Below are positions 39,478-53,760 of a DNA stretch of 64,000 nucleotides, one piece after another. The DNA lies in the NCBI RefSeq assembly GCF_006345805.1, contig NC_043008.1, positions 3,844,001 through 3,908,000 of the forward strand, given 5' to 3'. This DNA is from Octopus sinensis. Taxonomy: Eukaryota. How positions within the stretch are numbered: the first letter of the stretch is position 1; each line of letters starts with the position of its first letter. The position numbers were made by a program, and so were the translations under genes. The notes under the pieces are model-generated. The model was not told the DNA's origin, did no database searches, and worked only from the letters and a program-made list of their open reading frames with translations.

Positions 39478-41496
39478 ATTCAAAGTGCGACTGCAACAGT
39501 AGCGGCTTTTGAGTGGAACCGCTACTAGTAAAGGTTCGAAATAAGTCACGATCACCTTGGATTTCGTTTGAATCTTCTGAACTATGCTTATCCTTTGTCC
39601 AGTAAGGTCAAAATCAACCTCTAGCTATTTTGGGAACAGAATCCTAGACGTACATTCAATCGGAAGAAACTCTTCATCCGTTAGGATGTGAAAAATATCA
39701 GTCAATTTACCTGAGAAGGTATTTTGGGGGAAGAGAGAGAAATTTATGCCTATTCAAATATGTTTGGAACATAGCTGGCTTGTACAAAAGCCGTATTCAA
39801 TGCTAAATTTACCATGCAGAACATTTCTCACTTTAGGCAATGGATAGCGAAAAACATGAAACGTCATTTCAAGACGACAAAACGGTGGATTATTTCTTGT
39901 TCCATGACAATCGTCTGCAGTGAGTACTTCAAGTGAGGCAACCCTGAAATGATTCCGGAAACATCTGTTTCTTGATAGTAAATCAAACATGAAAATGCCC
40001 TGTGTTAGGATTTTTGAAATTTTTGATATTTCATATTTGAAAATGTTGACTCTTGCTTTCAAAGGACGTGGAAAACATGTCTGTGCTTGTTTAGCCAAAA
40101 GTCAGTCACGTGCACTCAGCCTCAACTCAAACACTTTACTGCTGTGCCTGTCTTATTTTTGTCTGTGATCTTTGTTTTCTATGATTTGTATGACTCTTGG
40201 AATGTGATCTGGCTGCTATTTCTTGTAAATCTTCTTTTTTAGTTGTTGTAATTCTTCAGTGGAAGAGTATGTCTATGATCAAAATCGCTCCATTCATGAC
40301 CATCACACTTTTTTTTTTTTTTTGCTTTTTAGTTGTTTTTTTAAACTAACCTACGATCTCCAGTTTTTCGTTCTTTATTCAAGAGGGTAATATTGGGTTT
40401 GAAGGAAATTTGGCTGTTATTTCTACCAGAAGAAGCCTCCCTCGTCGATCCATCAATAGTTGCATGAATTAGTCTTCAGAGAACAAAAACAAACTTTAAA
40501 AAGGCTTTAATCTTTCTTTTTTCTTTCCCTTCTGTTAACTATTCTAAAAATTACGAAGGTTCTAAAATCAATATAGATATTTTTTTATGATATTGATGAT
40601 TAATATTGAAATGCTGGGCTGTTGAGATCACTGAAAATCGATCATTATCATCCTGTTCGTTTTATGTTGCTATTTATTTTTGTTTTGTTTATTGTTTTTG
40701 TTTTGTTTTGTTTTTTTCTGTGATGTTTATGAGAAACAGATTACAGCAACGTCTGATAATGTGATGCTGGATTGAAATCAAATGATGAGATCTTCTTAAT
40801 ATTCGATTATAATTCCATTCATTTTAGGATGATTTATAAAGATATTGAATTGAACTTAGTATTTGTATTTTATATCATCCTCGCCAGAATAAAGACAGAT
40901 AGATTCGACTCAGCAGAATTTGAACTCAGAACGTAAATGACCGTCACTGTACATTGTAATAATTTCATTCGATGCTCTAACAACGCTACAAATTAAAAAA
41001 TATTGTCCAGTATCACTAATAATTTCCCAAAAGCTTTAATGATTCAGTTTGTTACAAGACTGAACGGAGGCTTCATCTTTACGCTGTTCTATCATAAATA
41101 AGGGCTACTCTATATGTTTTATATCTTTCAACAGATACCAATAGTTTGAAAAGAATCTCTAAGTGTTAGTTAGCAAGAACTGCTAATAATAGCAGATAAA
41201 CCTGAAAGCACAATTTAGTGTTTTAAAAGGTGACGAATATCTATGTATGAATCTGTTTGTGTGTAACCATTATACTAATAACACTTGCCTCTTGTTTTCT
41301 TCTCTTCTTTTTGCTTATTCATCATATAAACCTACCTACAGATAAGCATTCTCATACAAAGATAGACAGACACGTACACCTATGAACACATATACTTTTT
41401 ACTTTTTGAAAGATAGATAAATAAATGGATGCGTGCATGCATATATATATATATATATTATGCATATGCTTATATAATATATATATATATATACAC

Positions 41497-41535
<39 letters not shown>

Positions 41536-41747
41536 TGTGAATGTGTGTTTGATTGTATGCATATGTCTAAGTATATTCACTACATACTTACCTCTGCACA
41601 TACAAACACACACTGATACTTATATAAACAAGAGCACAAGCAACAGCGGACGGTTTAAAATATAAACATGCAATCCCAAGCGTACGGATTTGTACTAAAA
41701 TACATACAAACACGCATGAAATGTCGGTACGTCTAACTATACAGTTA

Positions 41748-41778
<31 letters not shown>

Positions 41779-41781
41779 AAT

Positions 41782-41838
<57 letters not shown>

Positions 41839-41840
41839 GC

Positions 41841-41894
<54 letters not shown>

Positions 41895-42559
41895 GAGAGA
41901 GAGACATACATACGTATACATAATATACATGCATTTATATCAGAACGCGTAAGGAGAAGATGACGCCATTTCTCTTTGTTTATATTTTTACTCCCTGAAA
42001 ATTTGTACACAAACAGCGCAAATAACCTACTTCCAGATCCTTAAAAGTTCAAGAGCGAAACAAAACGTCTTTTGTGGGATTCACGGTTTCTATAAAGCAT
42101 GTTTCCTCTCAGAATTTATATCCTTTCTAATATATTTCCTGTAGCTACATTATATGTTCGTACACAGATAACTGCAGAATTTGTGCACGCGCAAAGTGGG
42201 GGGGGGGCGTGCGCGTATGTGTGAGTATGTGTACATATGTATACTAATGAGACCGAAATACGCCTCATAAACTGTCCTTTGCTTTCGATTCCAAACGAAT
42301 ATCAGATGGTCTTTTTCCCTCCACTGAGTTTAGTATTTCAATTGAAAAATGAATTTCTTGAAATTATCAACATCCTATTCTGGTTTGCTAAGAATTGTTT
42401 CTAGCAATTGTCCCAGGATTCTTGCTTTTCTTTGCTGAGAGAAAGTGAAATTTAAATGAAGTAACAATTTATCATATAGAGTATTGTGTATACCCTGCAT
42501 TGACCCTTTTCATATATCGATCCATTTATTTAGTTTACTTTCTATCTAGCTACTTATAC

Positions 42560-42646
<87 letters not shown>

Positions 42647-43280
42647 CACACGCACGCATATACATGCAGGCATGCAACTGTTGTACATGCATGAATGTAT
42701 GATGTATGGATGGAGGGATTAAAATTAAATTTACCATTTTCTTCATGAGTACATATGTATGGTTAAAAAAGAAATATGATGTTGTACATACGAAACAAAT
42801 CTAATGGAAATTGCTATTCGATATAACACACTGAAAATAAGAATTGGGTTAAAATCCTTCCTATTTTTTTTTTGCTCTTTGTTTCGTTTATTATGTTTTC
42901 TTCTTGGTAACCAAACTACTTTGTTTTCTTAAATCGCTCATAGAAGTTAGCCATACAGAAGAACTAATAAGGTTATCGGCCACATAAGTTACTTCCAGTT
43001 TGTATTTAACCGCAAGTCAATTCTGATTGAACATATCTTAATTTAAAGACCCTCCATATATGATGATACTGTATTTCCTCTTCTTTTCCGTTCATAGCGT
43101 ACCTAGGACTATATCCTTTAATGTGTCCTTCTAAGCTTGTTTTAAAGAAGATGTTGTTGCTATTTCTAGCATGTCTAATGACTCAGTAGAAGCTCTCTGT
43201 CTGCTTCGTTGGAAATTCGTGGTTATACATACGTAATGCATAGATAATGCATACATAGGTAGCTATATATATATATATTA

Positions 43281-43329
<49 letters not shown>

Positions 43330-43694
43330 TACATATATACATGTGTACATATATACATATATGTCTTCATGCATACATACATATATACATGCATGTAAAT
43401 AACCCTGTACTCCCGGTATTATGAACATAATCAGAAACCGATATGATTGTAGCAGCATGGGTTCTACCAATATCGGAAATTGTGTACGACTACGAAAAAG
43501 AAAAGAAAACAAACAAAATTAAAAATAGAATGTATAAATAATATATACAGGTTTCAAATTTTCCATTCAAACAGTTTAATGCCACTCTGTATTCGATTTA
43601 AGTGCAACTTAGCAGAAAAAGTATTGAGACAATAAGAAATACACTCATACGCAAATGCAAACATACATACATATGTATTATGTATGCACGTATA

Positions 43695-43935
<241 letters not shown>

Positions 43936-44382
43936 CATACATATGCACACACATATATATGTGTATATATATACATATATGAGTAGGAGGTTTGTATATA
44001 TGTATGTATGTATGTGTGTATGTATGTATGTATTGAACACGATTTCCATTCGTTTTCAAGTTGAATAGTTCAAAGGTCAATAAAACCGAAAATGTATTAC
44101 ACAGCATATCTTTGCGTGGTAGGTGAAACATTTATGAAAATTAATGAATGGTGTTTTATAATGAATTGAAATATCAATAATTAAATCTAAACATGAAAAG
44201 CTACTATAAAACCTCAGTTTAACCCGTGTATGACTATTGTATATAATACATTTATAATCAATGATTGCATATGGAGCATCAGTAGCATAATTATTCATTG
44301 TGTCCCTCAGATATCACCAGGAGAGTAATCGAGACTCCTCATTTCCTCTCTCCATACTGATAAATAAAAATTAGACATAATT

Positions 44383-44587
44383 TTTATTTATCGAAATTGA
44401 TTCATTTACGTACACTTCTAATCTACAAAACTGTGACTTTGTGTCATTGTACGAAATGTTCTAATGATATGTTTTAAAGGGCAGCAGGCAGTCTGAAGCG
44501 TTTGAGCGCCAAGCCAAAAGTCTTAGAAAATGTTATTTTCTACACATACAGTCTGAGTTAAAGTAATGAAGACAGGGATTGCTTTTC
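44383..44587 (+). repeat. 205-bp direct repeat, copy 1
   Basis: No differences from 45276-45480 on base-by-base reading. Confidence 0.92.
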
Positions 44588-44890
44588 AGCTTTCTTGTGG
44601 TCGATAAAACGATTATCAATAATATTCTGGAGTCGATCATTTGAATTTGGCTTTGTGGACTAGTGAAATTAAATATTGATTTACTAATATTTGCACAAAG
44701 ACACACTTTTTATCGAAGGGTACAATTGATTAAATTGTCGTTCGATACTTGATTGGTAATAACTGTTTTATCAACTTCAGAAGGATAAAAGGCAAAAGTG
44801 ACCCTGGCACGATTTGAACTCAGGATGTAAAGAGCCATAACCAAATTACAAAGAAGAGTTTATCAGATTCTCTTCTGGTACTGCCGGTCA
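44475..44890. mobile_element. Two decayed family B SINEs, tail to tail (+ about 44475-44690; - about 44690-44890)
   Basis: Plus: GGGCAGCAGGCAG...CTGAGTTAAAG...GGTCGATAAAA...GGCTTTGTG. Minus: GCACAAAG...GAAGGATAAAAGGCAAAAG...GATTTGAACTCAGG. Confidence 0.6.
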
Positions 44891-44935
44891 CTGTTCTAAA
44901 TTGAATAAAAACAAAACGGAATAACAACATCGATT

Positions 44936-45062
44936 CACAGCCACGTGATACCGTGTTTGGTTTCGCTCTGTGGCGGCGCGTTGGGAAGATGTCTTCTATC
45001 GTAGCATCGGGTTGATCGATGCATTGTGAGTAGAAGCAAGTAGATGAAAACTGTGCGGAAGG
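44936..45062 (+). mobile_element. SINE family A 5' half, decayed
   Basis: TTGGGAAGATGTCTTCTATCGTAGC...TGTGAGTAG...GTAGATGAAAACTG. Confidence 0.6.
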
Positions 45063-45082
45063 GTGATGATATAGATAGATAG

Positions 45083-45123
<41 letters not shown>

Positions 45124-45275
45124 GTTGGATAAATATACGCAAATTATTGCATCTACCACACACACACACACACACACACATACATACATACATACATACA
45201 TACATCAGGCTTATACCTGTAATTATTGAGGCACTAGGATATGTAACATATTGCCTAAACACCAATCTTGAGAAA

Positions 45276-45480
45276 TTTATTTATCGAAATTGATTCATTT
45301 ACGTACACTTCTAATCTACAAAACTGTGACTTTGTGTCATTGTACGAAATGTTCTAATGATATGTTTTAAAGGGCAGCAGGCAGTCTGAAGCGTTTGAGC
45401 GCCAAGCCAAAAGTCTTAGAAAATGTTATTTTCTACACATACAGTCTGAGTTAAAGTAATGAAGACAGGGATTGCTTTTC
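45276..45480 (+). repeat. 205-bp direct repeat, copy 2
   Basis: Identical to 44383-44587; truncates the SINE that continues after copy 1. Confidence 0.92.
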
Positions 45481-46055
45481 GAAACAAAAGAGAAGAAAGC
45501 TGGAACTGTGAAAATCTGTAAAACTATCCAGAAGTTTATCATTTGAATATATATGAGCATGTCTAGATGTGCAGCTATATGCATGAGAATACATACATAA
45601 AACAAAACATACAAATATGCACATATACACACATACAAACAAAGATACCGTTGCTGATGTTGAAATTCCAATGAAGGAGCCTTGGATCTAGGTTAGAAAC
45701 CGGCTCTTTCTTTATTGGCAAGAAATCTTGAAATAAAACTGAACAATGACATGCACACATGCACTCGCACACACATACATACATACTTACATACATACAT
45801 ATATAAAAAAATACAAAATGGGACAAGAACGCAAAACATCCAGCAGACGATACAAAAAACATGGACGGGTCATTCGAAGCCTTTAATCTTCAGTCAAGAA
45901 CCGGATCATCCTCGCAATTTCGGCTGATTAATCTTGAGATTGCTCCAATCTGGCCAGCCCCAAGGAAAAACTAAGCTAAGAGCATTAGATTCCATGGAAG
46001 AAAGCAGCGAATGTATACGAAACAAGGACGGAAAACGGATGATGTTATACATACA

Positions 46056-46089
<34 letters not shown>

Positions 46090-46559
46090 CATACATACAT
46101 ACATACATACATACATACATACTTACATACATACATAGATATTTCTGTTTCTCCCTGTCATATTTCCCCTTTCCGTCTTCTTTATATGTTCTTCAACATG
46201 AGCCATGACATCAGTATATTCCTCATACACACAAGCGGTTATTTATATTTGTTTTATACACAACCAATGTTCAAATCTGATTATTGCACGTTGCACTTCA
46301 AACATTGTTGATTATGGATCAATTGCTTATCTTCAAACCGATTAAATTGTTATTGCAATTTCTTGCAGATATCGAACATTTTAAATAAAATATAGACCAC
46401 GAGAATACCTAAATATAAAACTCTTATCAGTACGCACACAGATATTCATTATGTATATCTAGAAACCTAAGGATAAAATTATGCTTCTTCTTCCTTCTTA
46501 CACGCTTCCTTTCTCTCTCTCTCTCTCTCTCTCCCAAATACATATAATGTGCATGATTG

Positions 46560-46590
<31 letters not shown>

Positions 46591-46885
46591 CTATGTGCTT
46601 GTGCACGCACGTAATCAGCGAGACGCATTCCGTATAAACATGTATAAATGATAGCACAAATACTTTGTGTTATACTTTTTTTTCTGATAATTCCTGGATA
46701 GTGTTCTATGTAAGTTTAGTGTGGAGCAAAATGTTTCCGAAGCCCATTGATGTTTCCGCAACATAGCTTACATTTGAAATGCAAATTCTACATTATACAG
46801 CTGTAAGCTTCGTTACTATTGCAGTCGCATTTGACACACGCACACACACACATACACAAACGTATATATATATATGTATGTAGTG

Positions 46886-46963
<78 letters not shown>

Positions 46964-47459
46964 CACAATTTTCTGTCGGATTGCTATACATCTACAAGAC
47001 AACATTAGCACACACTATAATCTACAACAAAAATATGTTAAGAATGATATTTTATATCACATCATCCTTGTATAAAATACAGTAAATAATAATGGTAATA
47101 ATAATGGTAATAATAATAATAACAACAACAACATCAAGAATTTCTTTATTGGCTGTAAAGAGAGCAAAATTATTTAAGACAATACAAAAGACAATGGAGA
47201 TTTACATAAACGCGTGTAAACAATAAAAAATCACTAGCATTTATCAAAAACATTATAAGATTCACCCAAAAGTAACCTAGGAGCCCAATAGGGTACCATT
47301 GGAGGTAACCCGGCTCCCATCTGTTCTTTCCGTTCTACAGGCATCAGCTTACAGAAGACCCACTCAGCCGGATCGTCCTCACCATATTCAACCACCTTTT
47401 AACAAACTTATTGGAGAATATCACTTTCTCACCGCTCATCTTACTTTATTAACAGAACT

Positions 47460-47506
<47 letters not shown>

Positions 47507-47800
47507 TTTAAATATACCATAGAAAGATGTTGGATCTATTACTCTTGACAGAAAACTATCTGCTTTGAAGTGATTTTGAAGGAAACAAATAAAAGATGCA
47601 AAAATGTATACCGGAAAATAACACTTTTGCTAAACACTGAAACAGTGTTATCTTTCGGTCGCTCAACGTGAGATAAGACTTGTCTCTTTAAGGATGGCTT
47701 AACTTCCCATCCCAGAACTCATTTTGATACATCTGGCTCAAATAAATACAAAGATCATTCCAGCAGACATGTTTCAGTGACATGTTTGTAATAAAACATA

Positions 47801-48000
47801 AGGCGGTGAGCTGGCAGAATCGTTAACAAGATTGGCAAAATGCTTAGCGGCATTTCGTCCGTTTTCACTTTCTGAGTTCAAATTACGTCGAGGTCGATTT
47901 TGCCTTTCATCATTTCCGGGTCGATAAAGTAAGTCAGTTGAACGCTAGGGTCGATGTAATTGACTTCCTCTTTCCCCGAAATTGCTGGGCTTGTGCCATA
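47801..48000 (+). mobile_element. Full-length SINE family B
   Basis: AGGCGGTGAGCTGGCAGAATCG...GAGTTCAAATT...GGGTCGATGTAATTGAC...GGGCTTGTGCC. Confidence 0.88.
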
Positions 48001-49967
48001 ATCAGTATTTTTAAAATGAATATGCGAATGCCGCGCTGGTCCAAACTGCATTTAAATTTCTATAAATCAGACAAGACAAACGACTTTGTGCCATTTGACG
48101 AAAGACATGTTTGCACGGTTTTTAATGCAAACAAATTCCGGGATTCAAAAGTAATTTACGCGCTCATGCATAGAAAAAGTACATTTAAAAAGAAGTGATT
48201 AAGCTTCGAATAGCAGTAGAATACCCCTCTCTCTTTCTCTCTCTCTCTCTCTCGCTCGCTCGCGTCTTTCTTTATATATATATAGTTAATCAAAACATGA
48301 AGAGAAAACACAACAACGCGAGGACGTGGAACAAGTATAGTGTTAATGGACGCTCATATATATATAGGGGAGAATTCACGAAAAAAGCAAAAGAGGAAGA
48401 CAGGTGGTGTAGAAAACAAACAGATGTATTAGCATAACGCTCGGAAACTGAAAAAGTCTTTAACTTTTCGAGCCTATGCTCTTCTACAGAAAGGAACACA
48501 TAAAGAAACAAGGAGAGAAAAAATGTGCGTAATGGCTACCGATCTATCATGGCTATATAACCAATGCTATGGTAGAATTCAATTACTTCGGTTGTCGCGA
48601 TCGATCCAGGAGCCCTGTGATTCAGAACTGAACGACTTAACCACACCACAATGACAGCGCCCGAGAAGCAAAACATTTGGAGGCCAAAAATAAGAAAAGT
48701 GAAACAGAGAAAACAATATTCCCATGATTCTCACAAATCATTCAACAGCAGTTACAAACAACCGCTTCTCAAGATATTTCGCTCAGAAAATAAAACTGGC
48801 GGAAGGTATTCAAGCATCGGCAGAAGCAAATTTATTGCTGCAAACGAAATGCAAATGACCAATAAGAAAACGAGGAAAATTCTTGATATTGAAATTAAAA
48901 TCTGGATATGCACACATGCTCTCACACACGCCACATACATACACACATACATATATGTGTGTGTGTGTATGTATATAAAAGTATGTATTGTATAGATATA
49001 TACACACAGATATATTTATATATATATATATCTATACACGCATACGTGTGTGTGTGTGTGCGTGCGTGTGTGTGTGTAGATGTGTCCTTCTACGAATGCA
49101 TCTCTACATAATAATTTCCTTATGAAAACATGTAAAGCGATACAGAAGAGATGAAACCCACAGAGCAAGACAGGAGAAACCGATAACTAAATATTTAAAT
49201 AATTGCTTTAATTGTGTTCCAGACAATCTATAGAGTAATCTGGCATTTCTGGCACACAGTCAAGTGAAATATCTTTGGTAAATATATGAAGAAAAAATCT
49301 TCATTACTTCATTACAGATATTGATTTTAGGAGGGAAGCCAAGTTTTTAACGTATTCATCAATGGCGGTTGTTAAACCCTCTTTTTTCTTTATTTCCCTC
49401 CATTCTATTGCTATAGTAGTACACAGAAGTCTTTAACATCTGAATTTATAATGTTTCTCTTTTTTGGCAAAGAACATAACGTCCAGTAATGAACAATCAC
49501 GAAATAACAATGTTCTACATAATTCTGGAATACATTTAGCTGATTGTGCGCCACCGAAGTTTGTATATTTTGCAGGGAGTTGGTGTATATCCTTAATCGC
49601 AACGCTGAATATGTTTGGATTTGCGAGTAAACGTTAAAGAAAGCTTTCAGCGAAATCATTATAGAATCACATCGTATAATCTTAAATGAGAAGTAAAAAT
49701 AGAAGTACATCATTAAGTAATATCGTTTTAGATACAGTGTCTGAATAAAAGACGGGATTGTCACAGTTGGAACACCTTTCATCATAAAGTTGGTCGGTCA
49801 AGCTTGATTTGCAATTAAACAATATCCAAAACAAGAATAGCAAAGCCATCACCAGCACGAGTGAACGAACAAGACTGTAGGAGGTCGTTAGACAACGCTA
49901 GAAAGGGCAGCCGAATCTCCTGTGAATCACATAGGATAATGTAGTTCTGGGTATACTGTTTCCTAAA

Positions 49968-50304
49968 GTGCATGGCTCGGTGGTTAGAGCGTCGAGCTTA
50001 CAATCGTGAGGTTGTGAGTTCGATTCTCAGACCGGGATGTGTGTTGTGTTCTTGAGCAAGACACTTTATTTCACGTTGCTCCAGTTCACTCAGCTGTAGA
50101 AATGTTGCGACATCACTGGTGCCAAACTGTATCGGCCCCTTTGCCTTTCCTTTGGATAACATCAGTGGCGTGGATAGGGGAGGCTGGTATGCATGGGCGA
50201 CTGCTGGTTTTCCACAAACAACCTTGCCCGGACTTGTACCTCGGAGGGGAACTTTCTAGCTGCAATCCCATGGTCATTCATGACCGAAGGGGGTCTCCTC
50301 CTCC
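49968..50304 (+). mobile_element. Full-length tRNA-derived CORE-type SINE (family C)
   Basis: A-box TGGCTCGGTGG, B-box GAGTTCGATTC, then TTGAGCAAGACACTTTA...CAGTTCACTCAGCTGTAGAAATG, which aligns with the MIR/CORE domain (TTGGGCAAGTCACTTAA...CAGTTTCCTCATCTGTAAAATG); (CCT)n tail. Confidence 0.85.
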
Positions 50305-51244
50305 TACTGTTTCCGAAAATAAGAAAGAATATGAAATGGTCAGGGACAGGAACGTTTGCAGTTATAGGCCACACATGCAAGACTGACACTAAACAATAAT
50401 AATGTTACTAAAATTATTTCAGGACCCTTTGTTTTCAGTTTTTTCTTCTTGGCTAATTTCTCTGTGTATTAGTGACATAAATACTTCCAAGCTTATAGAA
50501 TAATAGACATTATCTGTGAGCCAATGTGGAACCATCTACACAGCTGCTTGAACCTCAATAGATAGTATGCAATATTCTTCTAATCGCATCCCGCTGTCTT
50601 TAAAAAGAAAACGAAGAAGGACACATCAGATAATGCAGCTCTTAATACTTAAAAAAACAAAAAAGATAACAGTAAAGTCTTTCGTCATATTTCCTGCTTA
50701 ATCGAAGCTAAGCCGAGGCTAAACAATAACAATAACAATAACAATAACAATAACGAGCTAAACTTGAACTGTGGAGCGCTTGTATAAAAATGTAATCTAC
50801 TTTTTTCGACTACCAAGATTACAATCAACAAAATATGAGGAGAAAGAGCGCTTCATACTACACATGTTTTAATTTATAGTATTAGAAGCCACGGGAGGTG
50901 ATCAAGTGAGAGTGTAGCAAGAAATTCCTATGAATTCTTGGAGTATTTCCAGTTGTTACTCGGAGAAATGTTCATTGAAAAAACAAATTATAGTATTAGT
51001 TGAAAGCGCTCACACGTAGTTAACATAAACTACTTGTGTAAGCATTAATATGTATTCACACTAAAGAAAATAATTACGTTTGATTGACCACTAACAAAAA
51101 TTTCACTTTCAGGCCAAATGATTAAGATCAATTACACCTCTATGCATCAATACTTACAGAACCGGCATATCCACATCCCTCTCTCAATCTGTCTCTGTCA
51201 CTGTTTCTTGTTGTTTCTTTCTCTCTGTCTACCCCACCACTCAC

Positions 51245-51363
<119 letters not shown>

Positions 51364-51436
51364 CTATCTCCAAATAAACGTAAACACATATACACAAATA
51401 CACTCATATTTATACAAACACGCATATGCATATGCA

Positions 51437-51467
<31 letters not shown>

Positions 51468-51649
51468 CAGTTTACATACTTACATATATACACACATGCA
51501 TATATACACGCGATCGCTAACAAACATGACTATTTATTACAGTTATAACTGTCAATCCCTCGACATTAATTTTGTATCTCGTTTATTCAGAATTCTCGTT
51601 ATGGTGTGTTTATAGCGTAGGTGAGGTTGATAATATATTCTTTGCCCCT

Positions 51650-52280
51650 TCACATAATGGTGAAATACAGGAACCGCTTGAACAGCATTTCAGAAAACTC
51701 TTGGGTTACATGCTCTGTCTGATAGATTCATTTTTCTCTTCTCCCCCCCCCCAAAACCTCCTGATAAGGAAAGATCACACATACTTTGCAATCTTGTTTG
51801 CCCTGTGGTCTCATTGCTGGGAAGCATTTCTCTCTATGAGATTTTCACGTCAGAGCACAGGAGTTTCATCAAATGAGCATGAGTAAGGCCCAAGTTTTGG
51901 CACTACACAGACAAAAGGATATGGCTACTGTTTTGTAGATCTTGCACTTGATTTTCGATTCGTTGCAATGGATTTAGTCTTGAGACAAAATTTCGACTGA
52001 ACTAAATTTAAGTAAGACACCACACTACATCTCTGCTGTTATTTCGTGGGTTATGTAGGTCGAGCTTGCCAAACCGTTTTAAACCTGCCGTGCACAACTT
52101 GTCACAGAGACAAGAACACCCAGTCAATCATCTCCTCTTGCAGAACGTCTCATTGGACGAGTGCCACATTCATTTCTCCTTGTTTAATCTTGTTAGTAGT
52201 AGTACGAACATTTCTGTGAATAGCTTTACAGTTTTGCAGCACTTTTCTGCTATGCTGTTGGCGCTTGTTGAAAATAATCT
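51650..52280 (-). mobile_element. Decayed RTE-like RT fragment
   Basis: KIKCKIYKTVAISFCLCSAKTWAL resembles TKxKIYKTVVxPxLLYGxETW. Confidence 0.5.
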
Positions 52281-52814
52281 GAGATAATTATAGCAAATAA
52301 TCGACCCAGCAGTTTCGATATGCATGGTTCTGGTATTGTGGATATCCACTTCGACTTACTATCGTATAATATAATGACAAAATCAATCATATACATGTAC
52401 TCGAAGAGAGTACCGCTACGTTGCCTATTTCGGGATCATTACACATAGGCGTTAGATGCACTCCACTGGCATTACAGCCAACAACATCATTCATTTCCAA
52501 AACAACGAGTCACTTCCCATAGACGTTCCCTATCATGGCATTAAAATCTATACGTAGTAGTTTGATCGCTGGGGAGATGTTTAGCATGTTTTAACTGGCT
52601 GAGAGGACTTCATCGCTGCTTTTGGATTTTTTTATATTCGGTGCATATACTCTAATAATTTCAGACTTGCCAGTGACATTCACATCGATAAGTGATGTAG
52701 GCACACACAAGCAGACACAGATATTTACACACATTTATACATAGATACATACATACATTCATATAAATGTACATGTATGTGTGTAAGTCTATCTCTATCT
52801 CTCTATCTCTCACT

Positions 52815-52905
52815 TTCTTTCTGTGTTCCTTTCTGTGGAAGAGCGTAGGCTCAAAATGTAAAAGACTTTTTCGATTCCCGAGCGTTATACTAATACATCT
52901 GTTAT
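52815..52905 (+). mobile_element. Second copy of the 14790-14950 element, CpG-decayed, ending in (TA)n
   Basis: CTTT-CTGTGGA-A-GAGC GTAG GCTC-AAAA-TGTA-AAAG. Confidence 0.7.
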
Positions 52906-52910
52906 ATATA

Positions 52911-52982
<72 letters not shown>

Positions 52983-53459
52983 GAGAGAGAGAGAGAGTAG
53001 TGTGCATTGTTTTACCAAAAACTATAATCGTCACTAAATGTGACTAAGAGGATAGCAACACTTGCATTGCTAGAAATAAGAGCTAAAATGCTCTGATGCT
53101 GTAGTGAAAGCACATATATACTGGCAAGAACTATAATCGTCCGGAAAACACCATATTTTCGTATGTATGTATATATGTATGTGCGTATGTACACTTACAC
53201 AAACATACATACTGGAGTAAATGTTATCTATTGATGTAAAATTTTCTGAAACATAGGAATGTATGTGTGTGTGTGTGTGTGTGAGTGTTTATGTGTGTGT
53301 GTTTGTGAGTGTGTGTGTGTTTGTGACTGAGCGTACGTGTTTGTGTATGTATGTGTGTGTGTGTGTGTGTGTGTGGTTCCATCTTAAATATGGGTCGATG
53401 ATCAGTTCTGTACGCCGTTTCCTTTTAATACAGTGACTGTTTGTTCGATGCGTGTGACT

Positions 53460-53760
53460 TTAAGTGTTGCTTCTCGAAAGACAAAAGGGTTTTTTATGTC
53501 GCAGTTTCCCCTCGCCATTTGCTGTCTTCCCGATGTTGTTTTTCGATATTGCAATCAAGAATAGGAAGTACTTCCATATTTCAATGACAGAATGGTTTGT
53601 TATCTGATATTTGAAGGGTGTGTCATTTGATAAAAGCGCACGACCACTGTTGTTTGTCTTCCTGCCAATCTGTTACAGATAGTTCGTCGCTCCGAGTGCC
53701 CGCTGTTCTTTGAGACGTCGTTAGCTTTGTACTTACTAAAAGTTGCACTTTAAATGTTGA
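53460..53760 (-). mobile_element. Possible decayed Penelope-like endonuclease C-terminus
   Basis: Fragments such as LSNDTPF..KYFLF..KLRHKKPF; weak. Confidence 0.25.

Noticed and set aside
45862-45900. Minus-strand CTGAAGA...CTTCGAAT motif
   Set aside because: No stem II after the core, A15.1 is missing and the cleavage triplet is out of register.
47230-47460. Strong acceptor-like site (TTCTTTCCGTTCTACAG) followed by an open frame
   Set aside because: No credible donor; the peptide (TRLPSVL..RR..PFNKL) looks more like a decayed CR1-type LINE 3' end, too weak to list as either.
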